64,000 nt of DNA, from NCBI GenBank assembly GCA_051362555.1, contig CM120640.1:48896788-48960787 (forward strand), given 5' to 3'. Every line of letters begins with the position of its first letter. The stretch's first letter is position 1. Of this stretch, positions 36,598 to 47,800 are shown piece after piece. Position numbers and translations under genes: made by a program. This DNA comes from Lingula anatina (lineage: Eukaryota > Animalia > Brachiopoda). The notes under the pieces were generated by a model. The model searched no databases. It was given only the letters and a program-made list of their open reading frames with translations, and was not told where the DNA came from.

Positions 36598-36791
36598 AGG
36601 GACAAATGATGGCAATCAGACAGGCGCTATTCGCGTCGTTAATGTAAAAAATAGTTAAACATATTGGAAAAAAGAATAAGCAAATTGCAATATGGTAATA
36701 TTAAAGTTGTTATTTATTTGAAAATATCCTAATATTCATATTGTGCTGATTTGCCTTATTTTAATACTTCTGTGTCACCATTATATATAAG

Positions 36792-36822
36792 GCGCGCGCG
36801 CGCGCGCGCGCGTGTGTGTGTG
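36792..36822. repeat. (GC)n-(GT)n microsatellite
   Basis: Directly visible; related (GT)n tracts at the paralogous positions ~41288 and ~41767. Confidence 0.9.
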
Positions 36823-37352
36823 ATTTACTGCAACCTCTCTGTATAACTATCAAGTAGTCACATAAATATTTACCTCACACGATTCAAATTTGTACCACTC
36901 TCTTCATCCTTCGACTAATGTCAAAGGCATCTTCGATCGCAAACGAGAAATTTGCAGTGCACTAACGACACAAATCAAAATTGAAAAAGTATTCTTTTTG
37001 AGTAACAAGTCGATTTATCTACCGAACCTTTCTCTAATGAGCTCAGTACGTCGCAGGACCTACGCACATAGCCTGAGCGAGAATGATATTGTCACCTTTC
37101 ACCCAAAACGTATTTACTGTCTTATATAGATTCTTTAGGGTAATACATAAATCTTCAGTGACTAAATTAATTAACATTTACATATATGACAGCTTACGAG
37201 TGACTTAAAAATTGCAATTTTGTGGTTAAAACTGAAAAATCTGTTTCTCACATTTCTTTACCATTTCTTTACCTGATCACCGTTTCAACGCCGATTGAAT
37301 GAAACCATTTAGTATTCCAAACCCCTGCCATCGATTTTTCTTTAAAGTCTTA

Positions 37353-38072
37353 GACTGCATTCCCACAGATATTTAGATCGATCTATCCCCATGGGGAGTC
37401 TCACTAAATTGTTGTCAACTTGGCCGGCTTAAATGTCGGGCACGCCTAGTAAAGCTGTTATGGGGTAATTGCCTTTGCTGATTCGGTAGGCGAGACAGAC
37501 ATTTTAACCTCTTGAGCTGACAGCAATTTAGCGTGAACCCCCAGGGAGTTAGGTCGATCCAGATGGATCGATCTAAATCTGTGGGAATGCAGTCTTAAGG
37601 GCCATTCCCACAGATATTTAGATCGACCTATCTCCCTGGGGAGCCTCACTAAATTGCTGTCAACTTGGCCGGCTTAAATGTCTGTCACGCCTAGTAAAGA
37701 TATTAGGGGGTAATTATCTTTACCCCTATCTGATTCGGTAGGCGTGACTGACATTTAAGCCTCTTGAGCTGATAGCAATTAAGCGTGAACCCCCAGGGAG
37801 TTACGTCGATCCAGATGGCTCGATCTAAGTATGGGAACCCAGTCTTAGACCCCATTCCCATAGATTTTAGATCAATCTATCCCTGTGGGGAGTCTCACTA
37901 GATTACTGTCAGCTTAGCCGGCTTAAACGTCTGTCCCGCCTACTAAAAGCTGTAAGGGGGTAATTAAGTATGATGCGCGCTCGGCTGACTGCAATTTAGC
38001 GTGAACCCCCAGGGAGTTAGGTCGATCTGAATCTAAATCTCTGGATCGATCTCAATCTCTGGGAATGCACCC
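37353..38072. mobile_element. Three head-to-tail MITEs (37353-37594, 37599-37844, 37848-38072) separated by TTA(A)
   Basis: Copy 1 has a perfect 18-bp TIR gactgcattcccacagat with TTA on both sides; copies 2 and 3 share internal sequence and TTCCCA..GATC subterminal inverted repeats; TWA TSD is typical of PIF/Harbinger (Tourist-like) elements. Confidence 0.88.
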
Positions 38073-40257
38073 TTAGTTCAGATTTTATCGTTGATAAAGC
38101 AAAATAATGCCTTTCTTTCATGAAAGTCTGTAATTAAGGACTCATAACTCAAAACCAAAAACATTGAAACAAAAATGACGACTGAAAATTGCAGCCCATA
38201 CACTCGTGGTCAAATCTGCCAATTTTGGTGATAAAATCTTGTTCAGGGACAAAGTAACGTCCCATACCGATTCCTATCTCACCTCAAAATAGAAAGGTGT
38301 TAAATTGACGATTAAAGATGCATACAAAGTCAATTTTTTGTCACAAAAACCAACCAAATGCCAGCATATAGTTTCAAGTAGTATAACTAAGAGAATTACC
38401 AAAAGGCATTGTTTAATTTTACCCGAAAATGATGTTTGAACATATTTTTCTGCTGGCATTCTAAGCTGTATGTCAATGGGGCAGGAAAGTAGGTCACGGA
38501 AGTAGGTTAAATTTACAACCATAAATTTAAAGAAAGGAGCAGTCTAAAGGTCTTTTATGGCTGATCGAGTGATCTGTTCAGTTTATCCCTTGGCATGTCG
38601 AATTTATTTGAGTCATATAAGAAGCTAGTAGAAGTGGTTTACATGTTTACATGTGTTACTGGGAATCCACTATCCACCGTTGCTCGGTTCGTATGTACCT
38701 TTAAAGCTTCGCCTATGTTTATACATGGCAAGGAGAAATATAAATGCCGATATTTTATATTTTCGAGAGCTTTTTTATTGTTTGAAAATCAGCACAAAGA
38801 TACCGGTAGATGCATTATTGAATAATTGGATGCAGGAAAACCTCATTTCCGATATTTGGATGATAATAAAAGGTAAGACTGGGTATGAACCTGAGAAACT
38901 AAGAACATGATATTACATAATGTGTTTATATGAGTTTGTTCCTTAAGCTTAAAAGCTAAGGCCCTGGTTCCTAGTTGTGGGAAAACAAAATGCACTATAT
39001 GAATGGTATTCAAGTAAACGTCCCATCTTCCGCTCAGAGAATGAATTTTGGCCCACTCTCGCCATTGGTTGGGATTGCCATAAAAATGCAAAATGGTTTC
39101 TACCTTATCTACAATAATCTTTCAGGTCGCCTCTCTTGGTTTCCATCACCCTTTATCAATCAACAAGTGGTTTTTTCGGTTTATATTACTAACCAAAACA
39201 CTATCAAAACTATTGCCATATACATAACAATAAACATACAATTAGTTACAGTTAAAGGTCTCAGGAAGAGGGTCTTTTTCTTACCGTACATGTAAATTTA
39301 GGCTAAGGAGACGGTGTGTTTGTGAGAGTATACCAAATATCGTTTTCCAAGAGGACATAAGACCAGTGTAGGTTAAATTTGCTGGTTTGGTTTAAAAGTA
39401 GGGTAATATAATAAAAGCGGCCTTATTAGGCCAAATCACAAACAATCAATATTCCTTGTTGCCTTCTTTCTTGTTATGAATGAGACTATGAAAGTTTGTG
39501 GTAGTGGTACACTGAGATGAAGGAGACATAAAAAAAACAGCTGCTTAACAAACTGCCATTAAAAACGAATTAACCATAGCTATTTTAAAAGGTTGAAGGT
39601 AGGTCATAAGCTGAGTGCATGACACTTTCTAAAACAGCATTTAAGTCACGTAATCAAATCGTGTCCTACATTTAGACTACAATGTATAACGACAAAAACA
39701 TATGCAATATGAACTGACTTCGACGCAGCTTTCCTTATTTAACCTAACATCAAACTTTTTTTTTCAAGACAACCTTCCTGAATAACAATCATTCTCAGAA
39801 AAAAAAATGATCGGTTAGCACCGTTTGCTATGTACTTATGATATTAATTGAGATCTTTAAATATGTGAAAATATTATTTCTTAATGACGACAAATACATT
39901 TAGATGACGCATTGCTTGTGACCACGAATAGTTAAGCTTTTTGTTTGATACGTAATAATCACTTAAATCCTTTCTTTGGGGCATGAGACTAAGATCCTTG
40001 TTCCATATGCCTACTGTAATCTGCTGTCAACACGTGGGACTGAGCATGTCTATTAAAAAAATAATCATGTCTGGACCCAAACCTACGCTTTGCATATATT
40101 TCTAACTCACGCCCGCATATTTACATTTGGATGTCTCTCGTCTCATTTGGATGTTACGCATCTAATTGTATTCTAAACCAGTAAAGCGAAAGCAACGTAA
40201 AACAGAAACTTTTTTTCATTTCAAGAAGAAACTTGGCTGTAACTGAAAGCCGTTACC

Positions 40258-41067
40258 ATGCGGAACATGTTGGTTTTAGTTGAATGTGTATTGTTGGGGC
40301 TACTTTATGGTGAACTGCACGCCAAACCAGTGATTAAGTCATGCATTTACGAAGGTAAGGTCTACAACGTAAACGGGCTGATTGCCGACAACCAGTGTTA
40401 CTTGGTGTATTGTAGTGATGGACACTTAAAGTCTATACTGAAGCCATCGTGTTTACCTAGTAAGAACGGTCCAATCATAAACAAAAGACAAAGTAATCAT
40501 CGTTTTGCGCCGCCGGTAAAAACTACAATCTCCTTAGCACCAATCAAGCCAGCAGCTAAAGAAATCACTATACCAACAACAACTGTACCACCAACTCGGT
40601 CACCCACAACCACCCCGCCGACAATGCCACCAGGATGGTGTTTTTACAATAACAAATGGTATCCTTCAGGCGACACTATTGCCAAGGATCGTTGTGGCAT
40701 AGCTGTTTGCAACGACGGCTCCATCACTTATTACGGTATCAAGGATTGGGAATGTATGAACGGTAGAGCGGCTACACCAACCACCACTCCACCGACCACT
40801 GCACCATTTGCCAATATACCACCAAGCAAGCCGCCAGCTAAAACCACATTACCACCAACGACAACTGTTGCCCCAGGCTCATGCTGCATTAATGGTATGT
40901 TGTACAATGACAATGCCATTGTACCAAGTAGCCACTGCAGCGGAGCGATTTGCCTGCAGGGTTCCGTTGTAATTTATGATAACTTTGAGTGCTTGTTTGG
41001 CAGCACTACCACTACATTGCCTCCCACAACCACGCCTCGTGTTATTCCACCCGAATGTGGACTTTAA
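40258..41067 (+). CDS. Shorter paralog of the 34708 protein, 269 aa, three 4-Cys modules
   Basis: N-terminal ~85 aa nearly identical to 34708 ORF, INKR site, homologous C-terminus (PPECGL vs PPDFGL), homologous upstream and downstream non-coding DNA. Confidence 0.87.
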   Translation: MRNMLVLVECVLLGLLYGELHAKPVIKSCIYEGKVYNVNGLIADNQCYLVYCSDGHLKSILKPSCLPSKNGPIINKRQSNHRFAPPVKTTISLAPIKPAAKEITIPTTTVPPTRSPTTTPPTMPPGWCFYNNKWYPSGDTIAKDRCGIAVCNDGSITYYGIKDWECMNGRAATPTTTPPTTAPFANIPPSKPPAKTTLPPTTTVAPGSCCINGMLYNDNAIVPSSHCSGAICLQGSVVIYDNFECLFGSTTTTLPPTTTPRVIPPECGL

Positions 41068-41324
41068 AGGGGAAAATGATGGCAATCCGTCAGGCATTTT
41101 TCGCATCGTTAATGTAAAAATATTTAAACATATTGAAAATAGGGATAAGGAAGTTGAACTTATCGTCTCAAAATAACAAAAGTTATGGTAATATTAAAGT
41201 TGTTATTTATTTGGAAATAATCTGAAATTCATATGGTGCTGATCTGCATTAACTTTATACTTCCGTGTCACCATTTTACATACGGCATGTGTGTGTGTGT
41301 GTGCACGCGCGCACGAGCGATAAA

Positions 41325-41523
41325 GAGACCATTCTGAACAGAAGATACGCCTCTACACGCGCCATTCTTCCAGGGAGCTAGCAATTAAACCCCGGGGCCC
41401 TGATTTAATGGGTTTAATGGCGGTGAGACCATCAGCGGATTAGTTGGCTCTTATTTATGTAGGGTCCGCCATATTTGATCCATGGATCAGTAGATCCTCA
41501 GATCATCTGTTCTGAATGGCTAC
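41325..41523. mobile_element. MITE inserted downstream of the short paralog
   Basis: gagaccattctgaacaga ... tctgttctgaatggctac|tta; the paralogous site (~36821, tgatttactgcaacctc) is empty. Confidence 0.72.
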
Positions 41524-42928
41524 TTACTGCAACCTCTCTGTACAACCAAGTAGTCGCACTAAAGTCTACTTCACACGATTCAAATATGTACCACTGTTTT
41601 CTTGTTTTCAAGAGCATTATCTTCGATCACAAACAAAACAAATCTACAGAGCAATATGGTAATATTAAAGTAGATATTTATTTGAAAATATCCTAATATA
41701 TTCATATTGCGCTGATTTGCATTATTTGAATGCTTCTGTGTCACCATTATACAAACTGTACATACCGTGTGTGTGTGTGTGTGTGTGTGTGTGTAAGTGT
41801 GCGTGTGTGATACACTGCAACCTCACTGTAGAACTACCAAGTAGTCGCATAACTACCTCACACGATTCAAATATGTACCACTCTTCATTCTTCGATTACT
41901 GTCAAAGGCATTTTCTTCGATTGCAAACAAGACAAATCTGCAGTGCACTCACGACACAAATCAAAATAGAAAATGTAATCTTTTCGAATAACAAGGCGGA
42001 TTGATCTACAGAATCTTCCTCTAACCAGCTCAGTATATTGCAGTTCCCTGAGCGAGACTCTTTTTAAGACTGGGTATTATCCTGATCAACTAAAACATTA
42101 TATTACATAATATGGTTATATGAGTTTCTTATTCAACTTGAAAGCTAGGGCCTTTATCCCGGTTACACCAACGGGGCGTATACGACTGTCGTAAACCTGA
42201 TGACGTCCGTGCGCCAGGTTTATTCTCCCTGTTAACGCCCGTTGCATCGAGGCAAAAAATGGTCGTCTTAACTACACCTGAGTAACGTTTCGCTATCAAT
42301 GCCAAGCAATGCATGGATTGTATAATTAGGCAAATGAGTTCGCAGCTGCAGTCATAATAGGGTGATAAACACAAAATGAGCAGTTTAGTTACCGAGAAAT
42401 TCAGAAGCTTCATTTTTCCATTTTACAAATTAAAACGTTAAAATATGTTAACTTTGCTGTTGCCTAGAATATATAGCAATGAAATCGTATATGTATTCTG
42501 AATCAAATTTTTCTTATAGTATGTTAAAACATTATAAAGCTTTAATTAATTGATGCCTGTTAAAAACGAATAAAACGCGTTGGAGGCAGTACGTATTCTA
42601 ATAAATGGATTTAACCAACTTCATATTTGTTATTCACACTTTGAAAATAATGCAAAATTGCACCTTTAACGCCAATATTAAAAAAAATACAACAATGGCA
42701 ACCAATCCATGACCTACTTATCATTTAAATTAAGTGAGCTTACATCTTGTAATTTTGAAATACAAGAGCCCCTATACATATGACATGAACCGTATAATGT
42801 TGACATTTTAAGCTTCTCTTTGTATGTTTATATATAATAAAATATGAATAATAAAAATGTGAAGAAAAAATGACAAAAACTATGGTTAGTAAAAAAATTC
42901 TGAAAAGAAATTAAGAAATCGAAAGCCA

Positions 42929-43118
42929 AGACTCACTAAATTGCTATCAACTTAACCGGCTTAAATGTCTGTCACGCCTAGTAAAGCTGTTAGGGGGTAC
43001 TAATCTTTACCCACAAGCTGACAGACAATTAAGCCTGTTAAGTTGATAGCAATTTAGTGAGACTCCCCAGGGAATTAGACCGATCCAAATGGATCGATCT
43101 AGGCATGGGAACCCAGTC
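42929..43118. mobile_element. 5'-truncated copy of the TWA MITE family
   Basis: Matches 37640-37844 internally; ends ggatcgatctaggcatgggaacccagtc|tta. Confidence 0.78.
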
Positions 43119-44804
43119 TTACATTCACAAACTTTATGAATGTAAAGCAAACTACGATGCATATTCTAAGCAGAAAGAGTGTGCACGAGAGACGATTTCA
43201 TGTCATCGTGGTTTAACCACTGATTCAGGATCGCAGCGTGCTTTGTGACGGCACAAATTGTCGCAACTCAAATTGTCCCAACTCTGTGAAGTTAAGTGTA
43301 CCCATTCCTGATAATTTTTGTATGTGTTTAATCTTACATTTTCCAAATTTTATGAATATGAAGCAAAATACAATGCAAATTTTAAGTGTTTTAAGTGGAA
43401 AGCGTGCTCACAAGATGTTGAAACGCTGATGCCTGTGTCCCACTGTTGTTACCCAGTATCGTGGACGTGCAGATATATTAGCGTTTTAAAAACCAAACCA
43501 CTGCCCAGTTATACAGGCGGAAGCGGAAGCTTTGGGTGAGTGTTTGTGAGAGTATACCCAAATGTCGTTTTCCAAGCGACCATAAACCCGGTGTAATCGG
43601 GATTTAGGTTAAATTTGCTGTTTTGGTGTAAACGCCATTATGTGTCTGACGAAAGCAGAGGACGACCGCCACTGCTGAAAATAAACTAGTCGCGTCTAGA
43701 AAAGGTCGCATCCAGTGTAAACAACATGAATTTAAGTGAAGTATAAGACAATGCATTACGGTTAGCATATTTTTAATGGAAAGTTCGAATAAGAATCAAA
43801 GGGTTTAAGACCCGTTTTCGTTATCTCGAATTCCATATATCCAGCACTCAATCTGTACGCTAAACATATGTTTGGATCGATTATCACGTACCCTATCATT
43901 AGTATAATCTCCTAGTAGTAAAAAGACGTTTTAGAAATATATATAAGCGTTGTTATTCTAAAAACTTTCGTTACGCAAACCATATATATCCTTCGTTACT
44001 GAATATGAAAACTGTGCATACTACCAAGGAATTATCGAAAAATGTTTGCATGATTACAGACAATACATATATTAATTAATTTCTTTCACCAGAGTTTTAG
44101 AAAAAGTAAATTTTGCGAATGTATTTTTCACTTAATTTTTCAATTTTCTGTTTACTTCAAATGGACATATATATTGAGAATATCTGTTTATACTACTAGA
44201 TATAGTTGTAATTAAACGCTAGTTCATTGATTGAATAGACAGGAAAATGTCTTCACATGCATTCATGAGTATTTAAACCAACCAAACAAAAGAGGTGAAG
44301 GGATGTGAACTGTTATCAGGAGTCTGAAAAACCCTTATGGCAGCTCGGTTTGACATCTAAACACACTGTCCCTCTCCTCCTGTGGTTTGTATGTCGTCAC
44401 CGGACCACGTAACCACGTAGCTCATTAACTCCCAGACCTAGTGAAAAGGGCTCTATTTTAAGCTTGATATTTACAAAATGAACTTCCAATTTGTGTATTT
44501 TAATAAAAAAACAATCATTTGGGCATGTTTTCTGAAGGATATGCTCCATTCAAGTCATTCTGAGGATCTATCTGAAATCCTTTATTAAACTTTAATCAAA
44601 TATCATAATGTATTTAATAGGTCTTTTGCAACTAGATGGCATGATGTTGACTTGCTCTGTTTACTGAACAGTTTGCTCTCTAGCTATTAAACAGATAAAA
44701 GAAATCAACATCTACTAACAGTCATCTATCTGCAAAAGGCCTATTGATATCAATTATTGTATTACTGTCCTGTATAAGTAAGTCTTGCTACATGTCTAAG
44801 ACAT

Positions 44805-47800
44805 TCAAAACCTTGTTGTCTGTGCGGGAGAACGAGGTGCTTCAACAGCAGTAGCGGGTTGACAATCATTCCGATCGTCGTTCTCGAAGGTGTTCATCTC
44901 TTTCTTCAGTGTTACACTTGCCGTCCTTCCAATGCAATAAAAACATGGATTATTATATATCGTAAACAAGGACAAAGATAGGTATGAAACTTAACAGAAC
45001 TGTTCAGTACGCTTTTTATGTAAAAAAAAGCTCATTAGATTTTAGTTATTTATCAACAGCTTTCATATTAAATAGCAATTTTGAACTTTTATTTATTTGT
45101 TAGTGCGACAAAGTTTTGTTACCAAACTTTGTACCCAAAACTTTTTTTTACACTACTACGATGAAATATAATGTGAAAAATAAGTTTCGATTTATTATAA
45201 GATCTTTTTATTTGTCGAATTTTCTACCCGATAGATGCAGTTTGTGCACCCTTCTTGGATTCTGTCAATTCTGTTTAGAATAGTCTAAATATAATGAAAT
45301 ATTATCGGCTTTAAAAATACATGGCCTGAGACCTTAAACTTATAAAGTTAAAAAAGTTAATAATAATACACTTACACTTGATCAAGACAGACGTCACTGC
45401 CTTGAGGTTCTTTCTTTGAATTTACCCCAAGTGTACTATTAAAAGAAAATCACAAATTCTAAAAACGAATGAACGTACCCACATTTTTACCAGAAGATAT
45501 TTTGATTGCTTAAGCAAAGGTTAAACCAACGTATGAAAAAAACCAAAAGGATTAAATTTTTTAGGGGGTTCCGTTACACTCCAAATGTCAAATTTAAGCA
45601 AACTAGTACGAACAGGGTTACACAAAGTACATATCTTGCTATATGGATTCCCAGTATTGGTTTCGAGGTACCAACTGGGACTGTTGCTCAGAAAACACAA
45701 CCTGAAGCCACAGTCTGCTGAATTGTTTGGAGGTCAAAATGACCAATTTGGAGGTGTGATACAAACCCGGTAACAAAAAATTCCGATTTCAAATCTGACT
45801 GGCAGCACTTAACTTGAGTTGCATAGTCCTATTTTTCAATTTTATGTTTAAAGAAATACCCTTTTCATATTGTTTTACGTGTTCCAGAATTTCTGCCACC
45901 AAATCAAAAGGGCAACGTATTTTAAAATTACTATAGTATATTTGTAGCGACTAATAAAATTCAGTCATTTGAAGCAACAGTTCCCCTTACTCGATATACT
46001 CGGGCGTTCCAAATGCTTCTCCTTGAACTAGTGTTTCCGGCATTGGCAAGCCCATAGTTTCAGGCAGCAAAAGAGCCAGTAGGCCAGCAACCAGGGACGT
46101 CACGCCGAATACAATGGGTGGAAACTGACGGATGGTGTAAGCACCCTAGGAATTTTTTCAAAAATGATAATTTTAGAATTGTTCGGTGCAGGCTGAACAC
46201 ACACAAGGCATTTTTTCTAAGGGAGTAGATTTAAAAGGTATATTGAAGTAATACACAAAAAGAAACATTTTGCAAAACCAAGGTGTGATTTTAAAAATTA
46301 AATTTTTTAAACTTTGAGATTTTCCATGAATAGCTGCCATCAGTCTTATAACAGAAACTGGTAAAAATGGGATTATTCTTTTTGTTTTACCAATGGTCAT
46401 ATCTTTGTAATCATGAATATAGAAATATGTCAAAGAACCGTACCATTAAATTAACCAATGGCGCCAATACCCCTCCTACTCTGGCGAACATGGAGCTGAC
46501 ACCGACCACACCGTTTCGTATCACAGTCGGGAATGCCTCAGCAGAGTAGTTGTAGACGAGTACAAATGATGCGCCAGAGAAAGCTTTCCCGGTCATGGTG
46601 AATGTGATTACTAACCAATCCAAACCTAATAAGAGGATGAAAACTTTCTCTAAGTATTTAGTTATAGTGCCATGGTTAAGGCTATGCCTAGATAATTATA
46701 ATTTTGAAAATATGTATATAAGGTATTAAAGCATTGAATCAATACACTTTGAATATGTATGTATCAGAGGGAATTAAGAAATACGTGTCGTTAATTGGTC
46801 TACATGGTTATGATCGCTATCATATATATATATTTATTTTAAAAAAATGTTACCAGCGTCTTTTGGGATAACTGAAGCCGTTATACATGCTACTCCGCAG
46901 AATATCATGCTCATACAAAGACAGGCACGCCGACCAATCCGGTCCATTAGCAAAATGCAGAGCAGGAATCCAGGAAACTCCACCAATCCAGACAAAGACA
47001 GATTCAAGTAATCATTGCCCCCAGGAAGTTCTGATGTGCTTAGAGATAGGCCATAAAACACCAAACTCACAGTGAACCTTAATATAAGAAACTGAAGATA
47101 ATTTAAAGTGTGGTCAACAGAAGTCGCTAAAGATTAAACGACAAAGACATCAGTTGCAAAGTTTAATAGGTTAGGATAGAATTAGATATAAGAATTGGAT
47201 AGTTGCAATTAAATTTGAAAAACTAAACGACAATGTCATTATTAACTACACATTTAATGCACCATTGGGGAAATATTCGTAGGCAACTTACCAATTAAAA
47301 AAAATAATCAATCCTCTAACTCTCATACGAGGAAACTTCATGATGGCAAGAACATGCGACTTGTGTTTCACATCAGGCTGAAGCTTAAACACGGAGAAAA
47401 ACAATCATGGTGCCTCACATCATATTTCCATAAACTTGATATACGGTTATATGCTTCTTGTCAAATTTACATAAAACTAACATCGTGCACACTCTAAAAA
47501 TGACGCTTTTCTGAGAACATAGGGGTGAATTATTTGATTTTAAAATATAGCAAATACTTTGGTTAGTGTGTTATACATGAATAGTTTAACTATTCTTTGT
47601 TTTGTGCATTTGACCTTTATTGGGTGTGAAAAATAAGACAATGAAATTCACATCGCTGACAGGCTTACAATAGTCTTTCGTTTCGAATAACCGAAATGCA
47701 AAGTTTGACTTTAATGAATGCATCGGCTTGAACTATTGAAAAAAGCAAGCACTTAATAAAATCTGTTTTAATAGAGTATTTTGCATCATGAATCCGCCCC

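Noticed and set aside
35489-36658. 389-aa overlapping + strand ORF (His/Gln/Pro-rich) and the repeated 71-82-aa minus-strand ORFs
   Set aside because: Shadow frames of the ACN/CCN-rich 240-bp coding repeat; non-ATG start, and no equivalent long ORF in the paralog.
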